A stretch of 64,000 nucleotides of DNA from an uncultured beta proteobacterium (GTDB lineage Bacteria; Pseudomonadota; Gammaproteobacteria; Burkholderiales; SG8-39), in the NCBI GenBank assembly GCA_963735025.1, contig CAVTJG010000009.1:202225-266224 (forward strand), given 5' to 3'. Below the pieces are notes generated by a model. That model did not search any database, was not told the origin of the DNA, and saw only the letters and a list, made by a program, of their open reading frames with translations. A program made the translations under genes and the position numbers. Below are positions 1 through 8,909 of this stretch, piece by piece. How positions within the stretch are numbered: the first letter of the stretch is position 1; every line of letters begins with the position of its first letter.

Positions 1-832
1 GGTGCTCGTTCGCAAGCTCCGCCAGCCGATCGTAGACCTGCTTCCACACGTCGCCCGACATCACGGCTTCGAGCGGCGCGTCCGGCAGCTCGATCGCGAG
101 ATCGCGGTCCCGCACGTGCCCGGTATCGACCACCGCGCATTCGGCCGTGGCGCGCGCGCCGATCAGGAACTGCGCGATCTCCTCGATCGGCTTCACCGTC
201 GCGGAGAGCCCGATGCGTACGAGGTTGCCTCCCGTCAGCGCTTCGAGCCGCTCGAGCGAGAGCGCGAGATGGGCCCCGCGCTTGCTCGCCGCCAGCGCGT
301 GGATTTCGTCGACGATGACGGTGCGCGTGGTCGCCAGCATCTTGCGGCCGGATGCGCTGGTCAACAGGATGTAGAGCGATTCGGGCGTCGTGACGACGAT
401 GTGCGGCGGGCGGCGGCGCATGGCCGTGCGCTCCGACTGGGGCGTGTCGCCCGTGCGCACGAACGTGCGGATCTCGACGTCCGGCAGACCCAGCACCTCC
501 AGCTCCGCGCGGATGCCCGCAAGCGGCGCCTCCAGGTTCTTCTGGATGTCGTTCGAGAGTGCCTTGAGCGGCGAGACGTAGACGATCTGCGTTTCGTCCG
601 CCAGAACTTGGTCGACCCCCGCGCGCTCGACGCCAGCGCGCACCAGTCCGTCGATCGCGGCGAGAAAGGCGGCAAGCGTCTTGCCCGAACCCGTCGGCGC
701 AGCGACCAGCGCGTGGCGTCCCGACTTGATTGCAGGCCACGCCTCGATCTGGGGCGCGGTCGGCCCGGCGAACGCCGAGCGGAACCAAGCGCCCACCGCG
801 GGATGAAATAGGTTGAGGCTTTGTTCAGTCAT
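1..832 (-). CDS. lhr: Lhr-type DExH-box ATP-dependent helicase, N-terminal part (3' end runs off the window)
   Basis: Absent from the ORF track because there is no stop inside the window. My minus-strand translation from ATG 832..830 reads [21 protein letters not shown]...[13 protein letters not shown] (Walker A)...VIVDEIHAL (DExH)...LSATV. The + strand ORF 2..811 is its Arg-rich antisense shadow. Confidence 0.85.
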   Translation of the reverse strand, partial: MTEQSLNLFHPAVGAWFRSAFAGPTAPQIEAWPAIKSGRHALVAAPTGSGKTLAAFLAAIDGLVRAGVERAGVDQVLADETQIVYVSPLKALSNDIQKNLEAPLAGIRAELEVLGLPDVEIRTFVRTGDTPQSERTAMRRRPPHIVVTTPESLYILLTSASGRKMLATTRTVIVDEIHALAASKRGAHLALSLERLEALTGGNLVRIGLSATVKPIEEIAQFLIGARATAECAVVDTGHVRDRDLAIELPDAPLEAVMSGDVWKQVYDRLAELANEH

Positions 833-847
833 TCGCCAAGAAAGAAT

Positions 848-917
848 GTCATTCCCGCGGAAGCGGGAATCCAGGGTTTTCCGGGGCCGAATGGATCCCC
901 GCGTACGCGGGGATGAC
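848..917. repeat. REP-like composite palindrome, copy A (GTCATTCCCGCGgaagCGGGAATCC ... GGATCCCCGCGtaCGCGGGGATGAC)
   Basis: Two GC-rich stem-loops in the gap between the helicase start and the rhodanese-fragment stop. The outer arms GTCAT/ATGAC are themselves inverted. The same architecture recurs at 6116-6190 and 47493-47568. Confidence 0.75.
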
Positions 918-925
918 CATCGGCT

Positions 926-1210
926 CTAATCGTACGCCCGAAACCTTACTGTCGGTTCTCGCTTGATCTGCTCGACGAGCCCCACCTCCCAGGTCAGGTA
1001 AGCGCGCGCGTGCTGCTCGTAGCCCTGCGCGTGGTCATACGGCTTGTACCAGACGTCGTCGAGCGTGGTGGTCGTCCGCTCGATGCCCGATTCGGTCGGC
1101 GCGTCCGCGGCGAACCAGGCGGCATTTCCGCCGGCCAGCACCCGAACTTCCGCAGCGGGCCAGAGCGCCACCGCTTCGGGCGCCGCGAAACTGCAAGAAC
1201 GCAGCGTCAT
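926..1210 (-). pseudogene. Duplicated 3'-terminal fragment (last ~90 codons) of the rhodanese sulfurtransferase gene
   Basis: The 94-aa ORF ...FAAPEAVALWPAAEVRVLAGGNAAWFAADAPTESGIERTTTTLDDVWYKPYDHAQGYEQHARAYLTWEVGLVEQIKREPTVRFRAYD is nearly identical to the C-terminus of ORF 2154..3284. It has no upstream rhodanese domains. Confidence 0.8.
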
Positions 1211-1478
1211 CTGACGCCGAAGGACGCCGCGGAGAAGCTGACATTGGCCTCCATCGGACGAGCGGCTTCCATAAGCCTGACGACGAGCAAAGGAGGCTCA
1301 CATGAGATCCCGATTCGCCATTGCAAAAGGTCGATACCGATCGTGCATCGCCATTGCGGCACGCTCCAAGCTCACGGGTCGATGAATCCACCTCAACTTC
1401 GGTTTGAAGAATGAGCATTGGGGGTCGATCGGTGCGCCGTCTCGGGTCTTGGAGGCACGCATCTTGGAGGCACGCAAT

Positions 1479-1745
1479 ATGACTGGGGCAGACGCAATCG
1501 GCTATCTTGCCGCAAGCCTCGTTCTCGTGACGTTCTGCATGCGCACGATGAACAACCTGCGTTACGTGGCAATTGCGAGCAATCTGGCCTTCATCGTCTA
1601 CGGCTACTGTGGCGATCTGATGCCAGTGCTGCTTCTTCATCTGGTATTGCTCCCAGTGAATATTCGTCGCCTTACTGAACTTGCTGCGCCTCGACGCGCG
1701 GCGCCGACCTCGGCGACGCTTCGGACACCACGCCCAGGGACGTAG
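1479..1745 (+). CDS. Small two-TM membrane module, probably the truncated N-terminus of a larger (cNMP-binding-type) protein
   Basis: MTGADAIGYLAASLVLVTFCMRTMNNLRYVAIASNLAFIVYGYCGDLMPVLLLHLVLLPVNIRRL, then a non-conserved Pro/Arg tail and TAG. ATG 1479 sits 2 nt after a 15-bp tandem duplication containing GGAGG. Local G+C is lower. Confidence 0.35.
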   Translation: MTGADAIGYLAASLVLVTFCMRTMNNLRYVAIASNLAFIVYGYCGDLMPVLLLHLVLLPVNIRRLTELAAPRRAAPTSATLRTPRPGT

Positions 1746-2153
1746 ATCGACGGCAGCGCAGCCAATCCGGAGGTCGTGGCGTACCGCGATCCGAGCATGG
1801 ACCACACGAACTTTGTCCCCAACCGCTATTTCACCGCAAGCGATGTCTGGGAATTTTTCAAGGCGCCCCCGCGCCTCGACGTGTGAACCGGTGTGGGGAG
1901 TACCTCAGCGAGACGCCCGACCGCGCCGTCCCACGCGCGCAACCGTCATCGCTTCGCTCAGGTCCTCGATGCGGGCGATGACGGCCCACCTCCATTCTCG
2001 CGCTCCGTGAAATAACTTCGCGGCGGACATCAGCCGGGCCGGGCCGTGCTCCAGGCGGGAGCTTGTCTCCCTGGATTTCGGATTGATTAGCCGCACATCA
2101 TCTTGCTAGAGAAAGGTCGAAGAGCTTGAAACGGTCGATACTGCGAGAGCTCT

Positions 2154-3755
2154 CTAGTCGTAACTGCGAAAGCGCACCGCGGGTTCTCGCTTGATCTGCT
2201 CGACGAGCCCCACCTCCCAGGTCAGGTATGCGCGCGCGTGCTGCTCGTAGCCCTGCGCGTGATCATACGGCTTGTACCAGACGTCGTCGAGCGTGGTGGT
2301 CGTCCGCTCGATGCCCGATTCGGTCGGCGCGTCCGCGGCGAACCAGGCGGCATTTCCGCCGGCCAGCACCCGAACTTCCGCGGCGGGCCAGAGCGCGGCA
2401 GCTTCGGGCGCCGCGAAACTTGCCAGAACGCCATCCTCCGACGTGAGGACAATGAAACGCGCATCGACCAGCCGTTCGCGCGCCGACGCGAGACGCGCAC
2501 GCACTGCCCACCATGCGCCGGGCACATGTCGGTCACGAAAATTAAGGCTCGTCGTGAGATCGAGCACCGTCGCGTCACCAGCCGGCAGCCGCGCAGCAAG
2601 CTCGCCCACACCGATCGTCGGCGCGGGAACGAACCCCGCCGCTTTCCGTTCGCGTGGCCTGCGCGCAACTTCCCACCCGGCAAAGCCGTCCGCACCTTCG
2701 GGTTCGAGCACGTGCACGTCGTCCCAGCCCATCTGGTTCAGCCAGGACGCCGTCATTACCGAGCGCACCCTCGCCGGGTCGATCAGCACTATGCGCGCGT
2801 TGCGCACCGCCACGAATTCGTCGGTGGCCTGCACCAACTGGCCGCCCGGCGCATGACGCGAGCCCGCGATGTGGCGCGCCTCGAATTCCTCGCGCGAGCG
2901 CACGTCGAGTATATAGAGCGTGCGGTCCACGTCGGCGCGCCAGGCTTGCACCCCATTGCGCGACACGAATTTCACCTCGAACCGCTGTGCCACCCGTTCG
3001 GCCGCCGCGCGCGCGCGCGCGAGTCCAGCTTCCGAGGGAGCCGGAGCGACGTTCGTCGCACCGCGCTCGCAGGCGTAGCCCGCCAACTCCCAGCCCATAG
3101 TGCCGTCCTTGAGCGCGACGACCCGGTTCGGAATGCCGGCGTTGCGCAGGGATTGGCAGCCGATGATGCTGCGCGTGCGTCCCGCGCAATTGACGACGAC
3201 GAGCGTGTCAGGGTCCGGCGCGAGATCGTGCACGCGATAGGCGAGCTCGGCACCCGGCACGTCCACGCCGCCGGGTATGTTCATGCGGTGATACTCGCCG
3301 TATGGACGCGAATCGAGGACGACGAGGCGGGGTGCCCGAATCCATCAGCGGCGCAGCTCCTGCGGTGGAATGCGCGGTGTCTCGAAGCGATGCTCGACGA
3401 ATTCCCCGAACGCCTTCGAGGGCACGTTGACGCCACTGAAGAGCTCGCCGCCCGTCGCTTTCCATGCCGCGCAGCCACCTTCCAGGATCGCGACGTCGGA
3501 GTAGCCGAGCGCTGCAAGCTTTGCAGCCGCGCGTTCGACCAGCCCGCCGCCGTCGTCATCGATCAGCACGATCGGCGCCGAACGCCGCGGCACCAGGTCT
3601 TCCACCATCAGCTCGAGGCGGGAGAGCGGGAGCGAGCAGGCGAAAAATGGGTGGCCCTGATAATGCACGCCCTGCTCGCGCACGTCGAGGAGCGCGAGCT
3701 CGCCGCCGTCCAAGAGTCGCTCGCGCAGCGCGTCGGACGAGATGCGCGCTGTCAT
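2154..3755 (-). pseudogene. Multi-rhodanese-domain sulfurtransferase (~533 codons), frame broken by an in-frame TGA at 3345..3347
   Basis: ORFs 3345..3755 (MTARISSDALRERLLDGGELALLDVRE...) and 2154..3284 (MNIPGGVDVPGAELAYRVHDL...NCAGRTRS active-site loop) are in the same frame (1602 nt = 534 codons). They are separated only by TGA plus ~20 codons. The start overlaps the cupin stop by 4 bp. Confidence 0.75.
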
Positions 3756-4339
3756 GCGCGTCCGGGACGCGCTTCGCGAATGTCCGGATGCGCCGGATAC
3801 ACCGCCCAGGCCTTTTTCGCGAAATCGTAGAACTCGCGAGCCGGAAGCTTTTCGAGCGCGCGGCCGTACATGTGGAAGTTGAGCACCGCGCCTTCGATGT
3901 GAATCGAGTGGAAGTCTTGCGGCATGAAGGCAACGCCGGTCCCCTGGCGCACCACGTGCTGGCCCTTCTCGCGCACGCCGCCGTCCGGCGTGCGATCGTA
4001 GAAGCGGTTCAGCTCGTCGCCGGTCACACCGACGATCACTGCCCAGGTCGTGTGATTGTGCACCGGCGAGGCATACTGACCGTTGCCGGTGTTCGCGTAA
4101 AGCGCAAACCGATGATCGTCATCTTCGGCGAGCCGGTAGAGGCACGAAGTTCGCCGGTCGCCTGGCTTCGGCGGCGGAAAGTCATCGAGGGTGAAGAGAT
4201 CGGTGCGCTCCGCGAGCTTCGCGAGGCGTGCGCGCATATGCTCGAGGCTCTCGTACGTCACCCCCTCACGCGCCTCGATGGCGCGTACGTCGGCAACGAC
4301 CGAGGCGATCAGGTTGTTACGTTCGTCCGTTCGGTTCAT
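3752..4339 (-). CDS. Cupin-fold cysteine-dioxygenase-like (thiol dioxygenase family) protein
   Basis: MNRTDERNNLIASVV...YASPVHNHTTWAVIVGVTGDELN...FHSIHIEG (His-rich cupin metal motifs). Strong SD AAGGAGG 7 nt upstream of ATG 4339. The cupin plus rhodanese operon pairing is typical. Confidence 0.75.
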   Translation of the reverse strand: MNRTDERNNLIASVVADVRAIEAREGVTYESLEHMRARLAKLAERTDLFTLDDFPPPKPGDRRTSCLYRLAEDDDHRFALYANTGNGQYASPVHNHTTWAVIVGVTGDELNRFYDRTPDGGVREKGQHVVRQGTGVAFMPQDFHSIHIEGAVLNFHMYGRALEKLPAREFYDFAKKAWAVYPAHPDIREARPGRA

Positions 4340-4375
4340 GGCACCTCCTTGGCAGTCTGCTCGCATTGCGGCTCG

Positions 4376-6064
4376 TCAATTCATGAAGCGATCGAGAACG
4401 TGTCCGGGTCCCTCCGTGAGCGGCGCGTACTGCTCGCCGTCGAACACCCGCGTGCCGTTCACCCACACGCCGTGCACGCCGCGCGGCCGCCGGATCATGC
4501 GGGTGCCGCCGCCTGGCAGGTCGCTCACCCGCTCGAGCCTGGAAATGCCGACCGTCTGCGGATCGAAGAGCAGCAGGTCTGCCCAGGCGCCTGGCTCGAT
4601 GCGGCCGCGCTCGGGGATACGGTACTTGCGCGCCGGATCGCTCGTCAGGCGCCGCACGCCTTCCTCGAGCGTGAATGCGCTGCGCTCGCGCACCCAATGG
4701 CCGAGGAAATGCAGGCCGAATCCGGCGTCACAGAGAAACTTGAGATGCGCGCCGGCATCCGAAAGCGCCACCACCCCCGCGGAGTGCTGCAGCAGCGGCT
4801 GTACTCCGTCGTCGTCGCTGTTGAAGAACTTTCCGACGAACACCGTATCGAGCCCGTCGGCGAGCGCCGTATCGAAGAGCACGTCGACCGGATCACGACC
4901 CGACTCCCGCGCAAGCTCGGCGATCGTGCGACCTTCCAGCGCCTTCACCGCCTCGGTCGCCGCCTGACCGATCTCGATCTTGCCCCAGTCGCCGGCGAAG
5001 ATGATCCCGGCCTTCGGGCGCGCCAGATCGGCGCGGAACGCGGCGCGGAACGCACGATCCTCGTACACCGCGGGCAGCGCGGCTCTGTCAGCCTGCTTTA
5101 CACGCGCGAACGAGTCGTGGCTGTAGAGGACGTAAGGATCGCGCAGCGTGAAATCGAACGAAAGCGGCTGGCAGCTCGAGTGAATGTAGACCTCGCGGCC
5201 CCGCTCGTTGGCCGCGCGACACCGCTCGTAGTAGTCGAGCGCCTGGCCGGGATGGGCATCGTTGTACATCGTGAGCACCGTGACGATGAACGCGGGTCGA
5301 CCGGTCGTCGCGGCGATGTTTTCCATGTACTCCGGCGTCGCCCGCGGACCGGTCGCCGACACGAACATCCCGCGCCCTTCCTCGCCCAGCACGCCGACGA
5401 GCGCCGCGAGCTCGTCGTCGGGCGCGAGAGTCGAGGGCATCGGTCGCGAACCCCAGCCGCTATGGTTCGGAGAGAACGACGACGCGAGTCCGATCGCGCC
5501 CGCGCGGATCGCGCCCCGCACGATGTCGCGCATCCGGGCCAGCTCCTCCGCGGTCGGTTGCGCACGCTCGCACGCCGCTTCGCCCATGACGGCGGTGCGG
5601 ATCGTCGAATGCTGGGCAAGAACCGCGACATTGGCGAACAGCCGCCGGGCGCGCAGCGCCGCGAGGTATTCCGCAAAGGTTTCGAAATCCCAGCGGGTGC
5701 CGGTGAGCAGTGCATCGAGGTCCATGCCCTCGACAACCGAAAGGTTCTTCAGCAGCAGCTCGCGGTGCTCGGGGGGGCAGGGCGCGATCCCGAAGCCGCA
5801 GTTGCCAATGACCGCCGTCGTCACGCCGAGCGATGGCGATGGCGACAGCGTGGCATCCCAGGTGGCCTGGGCATCGTAGTGGGTGTGGACGTCGATGAGC
5901 CCGGGTGCGAGCGCGAGACCATCAGCGTCCACGGTCTCTCGTGCCGACTCCGCGAGCGAACCAACCATCGTCACGCGACCGTCGTGAACGCCGACGTCGA
6001 CGCAGCGCGGCGCCCCACCGGAGCCGTCATAGACCGTTGCGCCGCGAATTGCGAGATCAAGCAT
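4376..6064 (-). CDS. N-acyl-D-amino-acid deacylase (D-aminoacylase), amidohydrolase superfamily
   Basis: 562-aa ORF MLDLAIRGATVYDGSGGAPRCVDVGVHDGRVTMVG...PGLIDVHTHYD (HxH metal motif). Full-length architecture. Confidence 0.85.
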   Translation of the reverse strand: MLDLAIRGATVYDGSGGAPRCVDVGVHDGRVTMVGSLAESARETVDADGLALAPGLIDVHTHYDAQATWDATLSPSPSLGVTTAVIGNCGFGIAPCPPEHRELLLKNLSVVEGMDLDALLTGTRWDFETFAEYLAALRARRLFANVAVLAQHSTIRTAVMGEAACERAQPTAEELARMRDIVRGAIRAGAIGLASSFSPNHSGWGSRPMPSTLAPDDELAALVGVLGEEGRGMFVSATGPRATPEYMENIAATTGRPAFIVTVLTMYNDAHPGQALDYYERCRAANERGREVYIHSSCQPLSFDFTLRDPYVLYSHDSFARVKQADRAALPAVYEDRAFRAAFRADLARPKAGIIFAGDWGKIEIGQAATEAVKALEGRTIAELARESGRDPVDVLFDTALADGLDTVFVGKFFNSDDDGVQPLLQHSAGVVALSDAGAHLKFLCDAGFGLHFLGHWVRERSAFTLEEGVRRLTSDPARKYRIPERGRIEPGAWADLLLFDPQTVGISRLERVSDLPGGGTRMIRRPRGVHGVWVNGTRVFDGEQYAPLTEGPGHVLDRFMN

Positions 6065-6115
6065 TGCGCGGATTCTCCTCTCGATCCAATCTCATGCACA
6101 TAGTCGCGGGTCGAG

Positions 6116-6190
6116 TCATCCCCGCGTAAGCCGGGATCCACTATGCCAGTGAACGGGGTAAGCCTGGATTCCCGCTTACGCGGGAATGAC
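6116..6190. repeat. REP-like composite palindrome, copy B
   Basis: GTCATCCCCGCGtaagCCGGGATCC ... GGATTCCCGCttaCGCGGGAATGAC, intergenic between the D-aminoacylase and dienelactone hydrolase genes. Confidence 0.7.
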
Positions 6191-6207
6191 GGGTCCTTAG
6201 ACGTTCC

Positions 6208-6879
6208 CTAGCCCGCGATCTGCTTCTTCAGGAACGCGAGCGTGCGCTCCCAGGCGAGCTTGGCCGCGGCCGGATTGTGATTGTCGCCGGTCTCGTTGCC
6301 GAACGCGTGGTTCGCGTCGTAGCGGTGGAACTCGTGGGGCACGTTGCCCGCCTTGAGCTTCGATTCGAACGCATCGACCGAGGCGGGCGAGAAATACGCA
6401 TCCTGTAGGGCGAAGTGCCCCTGCACCGGGATGCGGATCTTGCCCGGATCACCAGCCTCGGGCGGCGGCACGCCGTACCAGGACGATACGGCGTCGGTCT
6501 CCGGCACGTACATGGCGGCGAGCATCGTGAGGGCACCGCCCATGCAGAAGCCGATCGTCGCGACCTTCGCACTGTCCTTCTTCAGGTACTGAGCGGCGCC
6601 GCGCACGTCCTGCGTGGCCGCGTCCTTGAAGTCGAGATCGGTCATCAGGTGCGACGCTTCGGCGGCATCGAGCGTCACCTTGCCGCGATAAAGATCGGGC
6701 ACCAGCGCGCGAAACCCCTCGTTGGCCAGGCGATCCGCGACGCCCTTGATCTGGTCGTTGATGCCCCACCACTCCTGGATGACGACGACGCCCGGCGCCT
6801 TGTCGCCGGCGGCCGGTCGCGCGTAGTAGCCGACGCAATCCTTGCCGTCGGGACGCTTGAACGTGATTTTCTCGCCCAT
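6208..6879 (-). CDS. Dienelactone hydrolase family protein
   Basis: 223 aa. GVVVIQEWWGINDQIKGVADRLANEGFRALVPDLY and the Cys nucleophile elbow IGFCMGG. SD GGAGGAAA upstream. Confidence 0.85.
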   Translation of the reverse strand: MGEKITFKRPDGKDCVGYYARPAAGDKAPGVVVIQEWWGINDQIKGVADRLANEGFRALVPDLYRGKVTLDAAEASHLMTDLDFKDAATQDVRGAAQYLKKDSAKVATIGFCMGGALTMLAAMYVPETDAVSSWYGVPPPEAGDPGKIRIPVQGHFALQDAYFSPASVDAFESKLKAGNVPHEFHRYDANHAFGNETGDNHNPAAAKLAWERTLAFLKKQIAG

Positions 6880-7037
6880 GCTGTTTTCCTCCTTCGGGAT
6901 TGCCGCGGCAGACGAAGCGCCGGGCGGGAATTTCGGGGTCGGGAGCTACGGGAGCGGGACTTACAATACTCCAGGTTATACGATTCGCCCATGCCCCATG
7001 ATCCCGGGGCGTGTGCCCGGCAAGGAGGAGCCAGCTC

Positions 7038-7784
7038 ATGAGCAGCGTGCAGCGCCAGTCGGCCTTCGACCCGGAAGTGATCGACCGGCTGAGGCGGATC
7101 AGCACGGCCACGCTCACCATGGTGCTGCTCAAGCGCGGCATCCGACGGAGCTGGATGCGCGGTCCGACGCCGGTTTTTCCGGACGCGCCGCGCGTGGCCG
7201 GCCCCGCCTTCACCGTGCGCTTCGTTCCCGCGCGCGAAGATCTCGCGACACCCGAAAGCTATGCGAAGGTGGGCTCCTTCCGCGACGCGATCGAAGCTTG
7301 CCCCGCGGGCAGCATCATGGTGATCGATGGTTGCGGGACGCAGGAGGCGGCCACGCTCGGCGACATCCTGATCGCCCGGTTGAAAGTCAACGGCGTGGTC
7401 GCTGCGGTGACCGATGCGCCCGTTCGCGATATCGCCGAGATCCGCAAGGTCGAGCTGCCGGTGTTCTCCGCTGGCGCCGCGGCACCGCCCAGCATCACGG
7501 GCCTCGCTTACGCAGGGTACGGAGAGTTGATCGGCTGCGGCGGCGTTGCGGTCGCGCCAGGTGACATGGTGGTGGGCGATGCGGACGGCATCGTCGTCGT
7601 GCCGAGCGCGCTGGTCACCGAAGTTGCGGATGCCGGCATCGAGCAGGAGCGGTACGAGCGCTTCGTGCAGATGCGGGTCCTGCAAGGTCGGCCGGTGGTC
7701 GGCCTCTATCCGCCCAACGCGGAGACGCTCGCGACCTACCAGCGCTGGATCGCGACCGGCGAGCCCGCGAACTGGAAAGATTGA
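7038..7784 (+). CDS. RraA-family protein (RraA / 4-hydroxy-4-methyl-2-oxoglutarate aldolase-like)
   Basis: MSSVQRQSAFDPEVIDRLRRISTATLTMVLLKRG...GDILIARLKVNGVVAAVTDAPVRD...GDADGIVVVP. SD AAGGAGG before ATG 7038. Confidence 0.75.
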   Translation: MSSVQRQSAFDPEVIDRLRRISTATLTMVLLKRGIRRSWMRGPTPVFPDAPRVAGPAFTVRFVPAREDLATPESYAKVGSFRDAIEACPAGSIMVIDGCGTQEAATLGDILIARLKVNGVVAAVTDAPVRDIAEIRKVELPVFSAGAAAPPSITGLAYAGYGELIGCGGVAVAPGDMVVGDADGIVVVPSALVTEVADAGIEQERYERFVQMRVLQGRPVVGLYPPNAETLATYQRWIATGEPANWKD

Positions 7785-7789
7785 TCAAG

Positions 7790-8851
7790 TCATCCCCGCG
7801 ACGGCGGGCGGCCTTCCCAGGCGGCGCGCAGCAGCGCACGCAAGCCGGCCGCCTCAGGCGTCCGCGGATTCCAGCCCGGACGTGCGAGCGTCGCGCTGAC
7901 GGCCGCCTCGATGCCCTCCTCCGGCATGCCGATCTCGCGCAGGCTAGTCGGCGCCCCGATGCGCCGCGCGAAAGCATCGATCGCCCGCGCGGGATCGGAA
8001 TCATCGAAGACCTCCGCGATCACGCGCGCAGCTTCGGGCGCCGCGGCCGCGTTGTATGCGACCACGTGCGAAAGAACCACACTGTTGGTCTCTCCGTGCG
8101 GAAGATCGAAGAGCCCGCCGAGCACGTGGCACAGCTTGTGATGCAGCGCGATCCCCGTCATACCGATCAACAGCCCGCCGAGAAAGGCGGCGTAGAGTAC
8201 ACGCGAGCGCGCCTCGATATCGGTGGGATGTTCCACTGCGCCCGGCAGGCCGTCGCGATGTGCAGCAAGCGCTTCGCGCGCAAGCACGATCGCCACGGGG
8301 TTCGGCGTCTGTGGATAGAGCGCCTCGACCGCATGCGCGAGGCTGTTCATGCCGGTGGTCACCGTCTCGTGGCGGGGCAGCCCGAGCGTGAGCTCGGGAT
8401 CGTAGATCACGGTGTGCGCGCGGCACTTGACGCTGCGCGCGGTGCGCTTTTCATTGCCGACCTTGCGCCCGTAGATGTCCGTCATCTCCGAACCCGAGTA
8501 CGTGGTCGGGATACAGACGAATTTCGCGCCCTCTTCCACGGTCAGATTCTTGCCGAGCGCAATGGTGGAACCGCCGCCGACGGTCACCACGCCGTCCGCG
8601 CCGGCACTTCGCCATAGCGCCCGACAGCGCTCGACGACGGGTTCGGGACAATGCGGCTCGGCTTCTGCGAACGTCGCGACGAGGCGCGCGCCGAGCGCTT
8701 CGGCAACTGCCCGGTAGCGGGCAGCCCCCCCAGGCGTACAGATCAGCACGGCGCGCTTGAGGCCCAAGCGATCGCATTCCTCTGCGAGCAGATCACGCGC
8801 GCCGGTGCCGAAGCGGACGCGGGCCGGTTGCAGTTCTACCGCAAAGTTCAT
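7790..8851 (-). CDS. Maleylacetate reductase / iron-containing alcohol dehydrogenase family
   Basis: 353 aa. VVTVGGGSTIALGK, IPTTYSGSEMT, HHKLCHVLGGLFDLPHGETN. The stop codon lies in a half REP (GTCATCCCCGCG at 7789-7800). Confidence 0.8.
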   Translation of the reverse strand: MNFAVELQPARVRFGTGARDLLAEECDRLGLKRAVLICTPGGAARYRAVAEALGARLVATFAEAEPHCPEPVVERCRALWRSAGADGVVTVGGGSTIALGKNLTVEEGAKFVCIPTTYSGSEMTDIYGRKVGNEKRTARSVKCRAHTVIYDPELTLGLPRHETVTTGMNSLAHAVEALYPQTPNPVAIVLAREALAAHRDGLPGAVEHPTDIEARSRVLYAAFLGGLLIGMTGIALHHKLCHVLGGLFDLPHGETNSVVLSHVVAYNAAAAPEAARVIAEVFDDSDPARAIDAFARRIGAPTSLREIGMPEEGIEAAVSATLARPGWNPRTPEAAGLRALLRAAWEGRPPSRG

Positions 8852-8909
8852 CGAGAGTAGCTCCGCGAGAGTGTCGATGTGCGACCGCAGTGTGATGTCT
8901 CATACCGCT

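Noticed and set aside
3345-3347. The in-frame TGA in the rhodanese gene as a selenocysteine codon
   Set aside because: I see no obvious SECIS-like hairpin immediately downstream on the coding strand. The position is an inter-domain linker rather than an active-site Cys. The neighbouring frame reads a conserved-looking LMDSGTP peptide, pointing to paired indels instead.
3464-6103. An 879-aa + strand ORF spanning the cupin and D-aminoacylase region. Similar long shadows occur at 2..811, 2238..3830, 11259..14045, 19980..21611, 42484..44556 and 55566..57578
   Set aside because: All are Arg/Pro/Ala-rich, lack motifs and start-site signals, and lie opposite ORFs with clear family signatures. This is the typical stop-codon-poor antisense frame of high-GC DNA.
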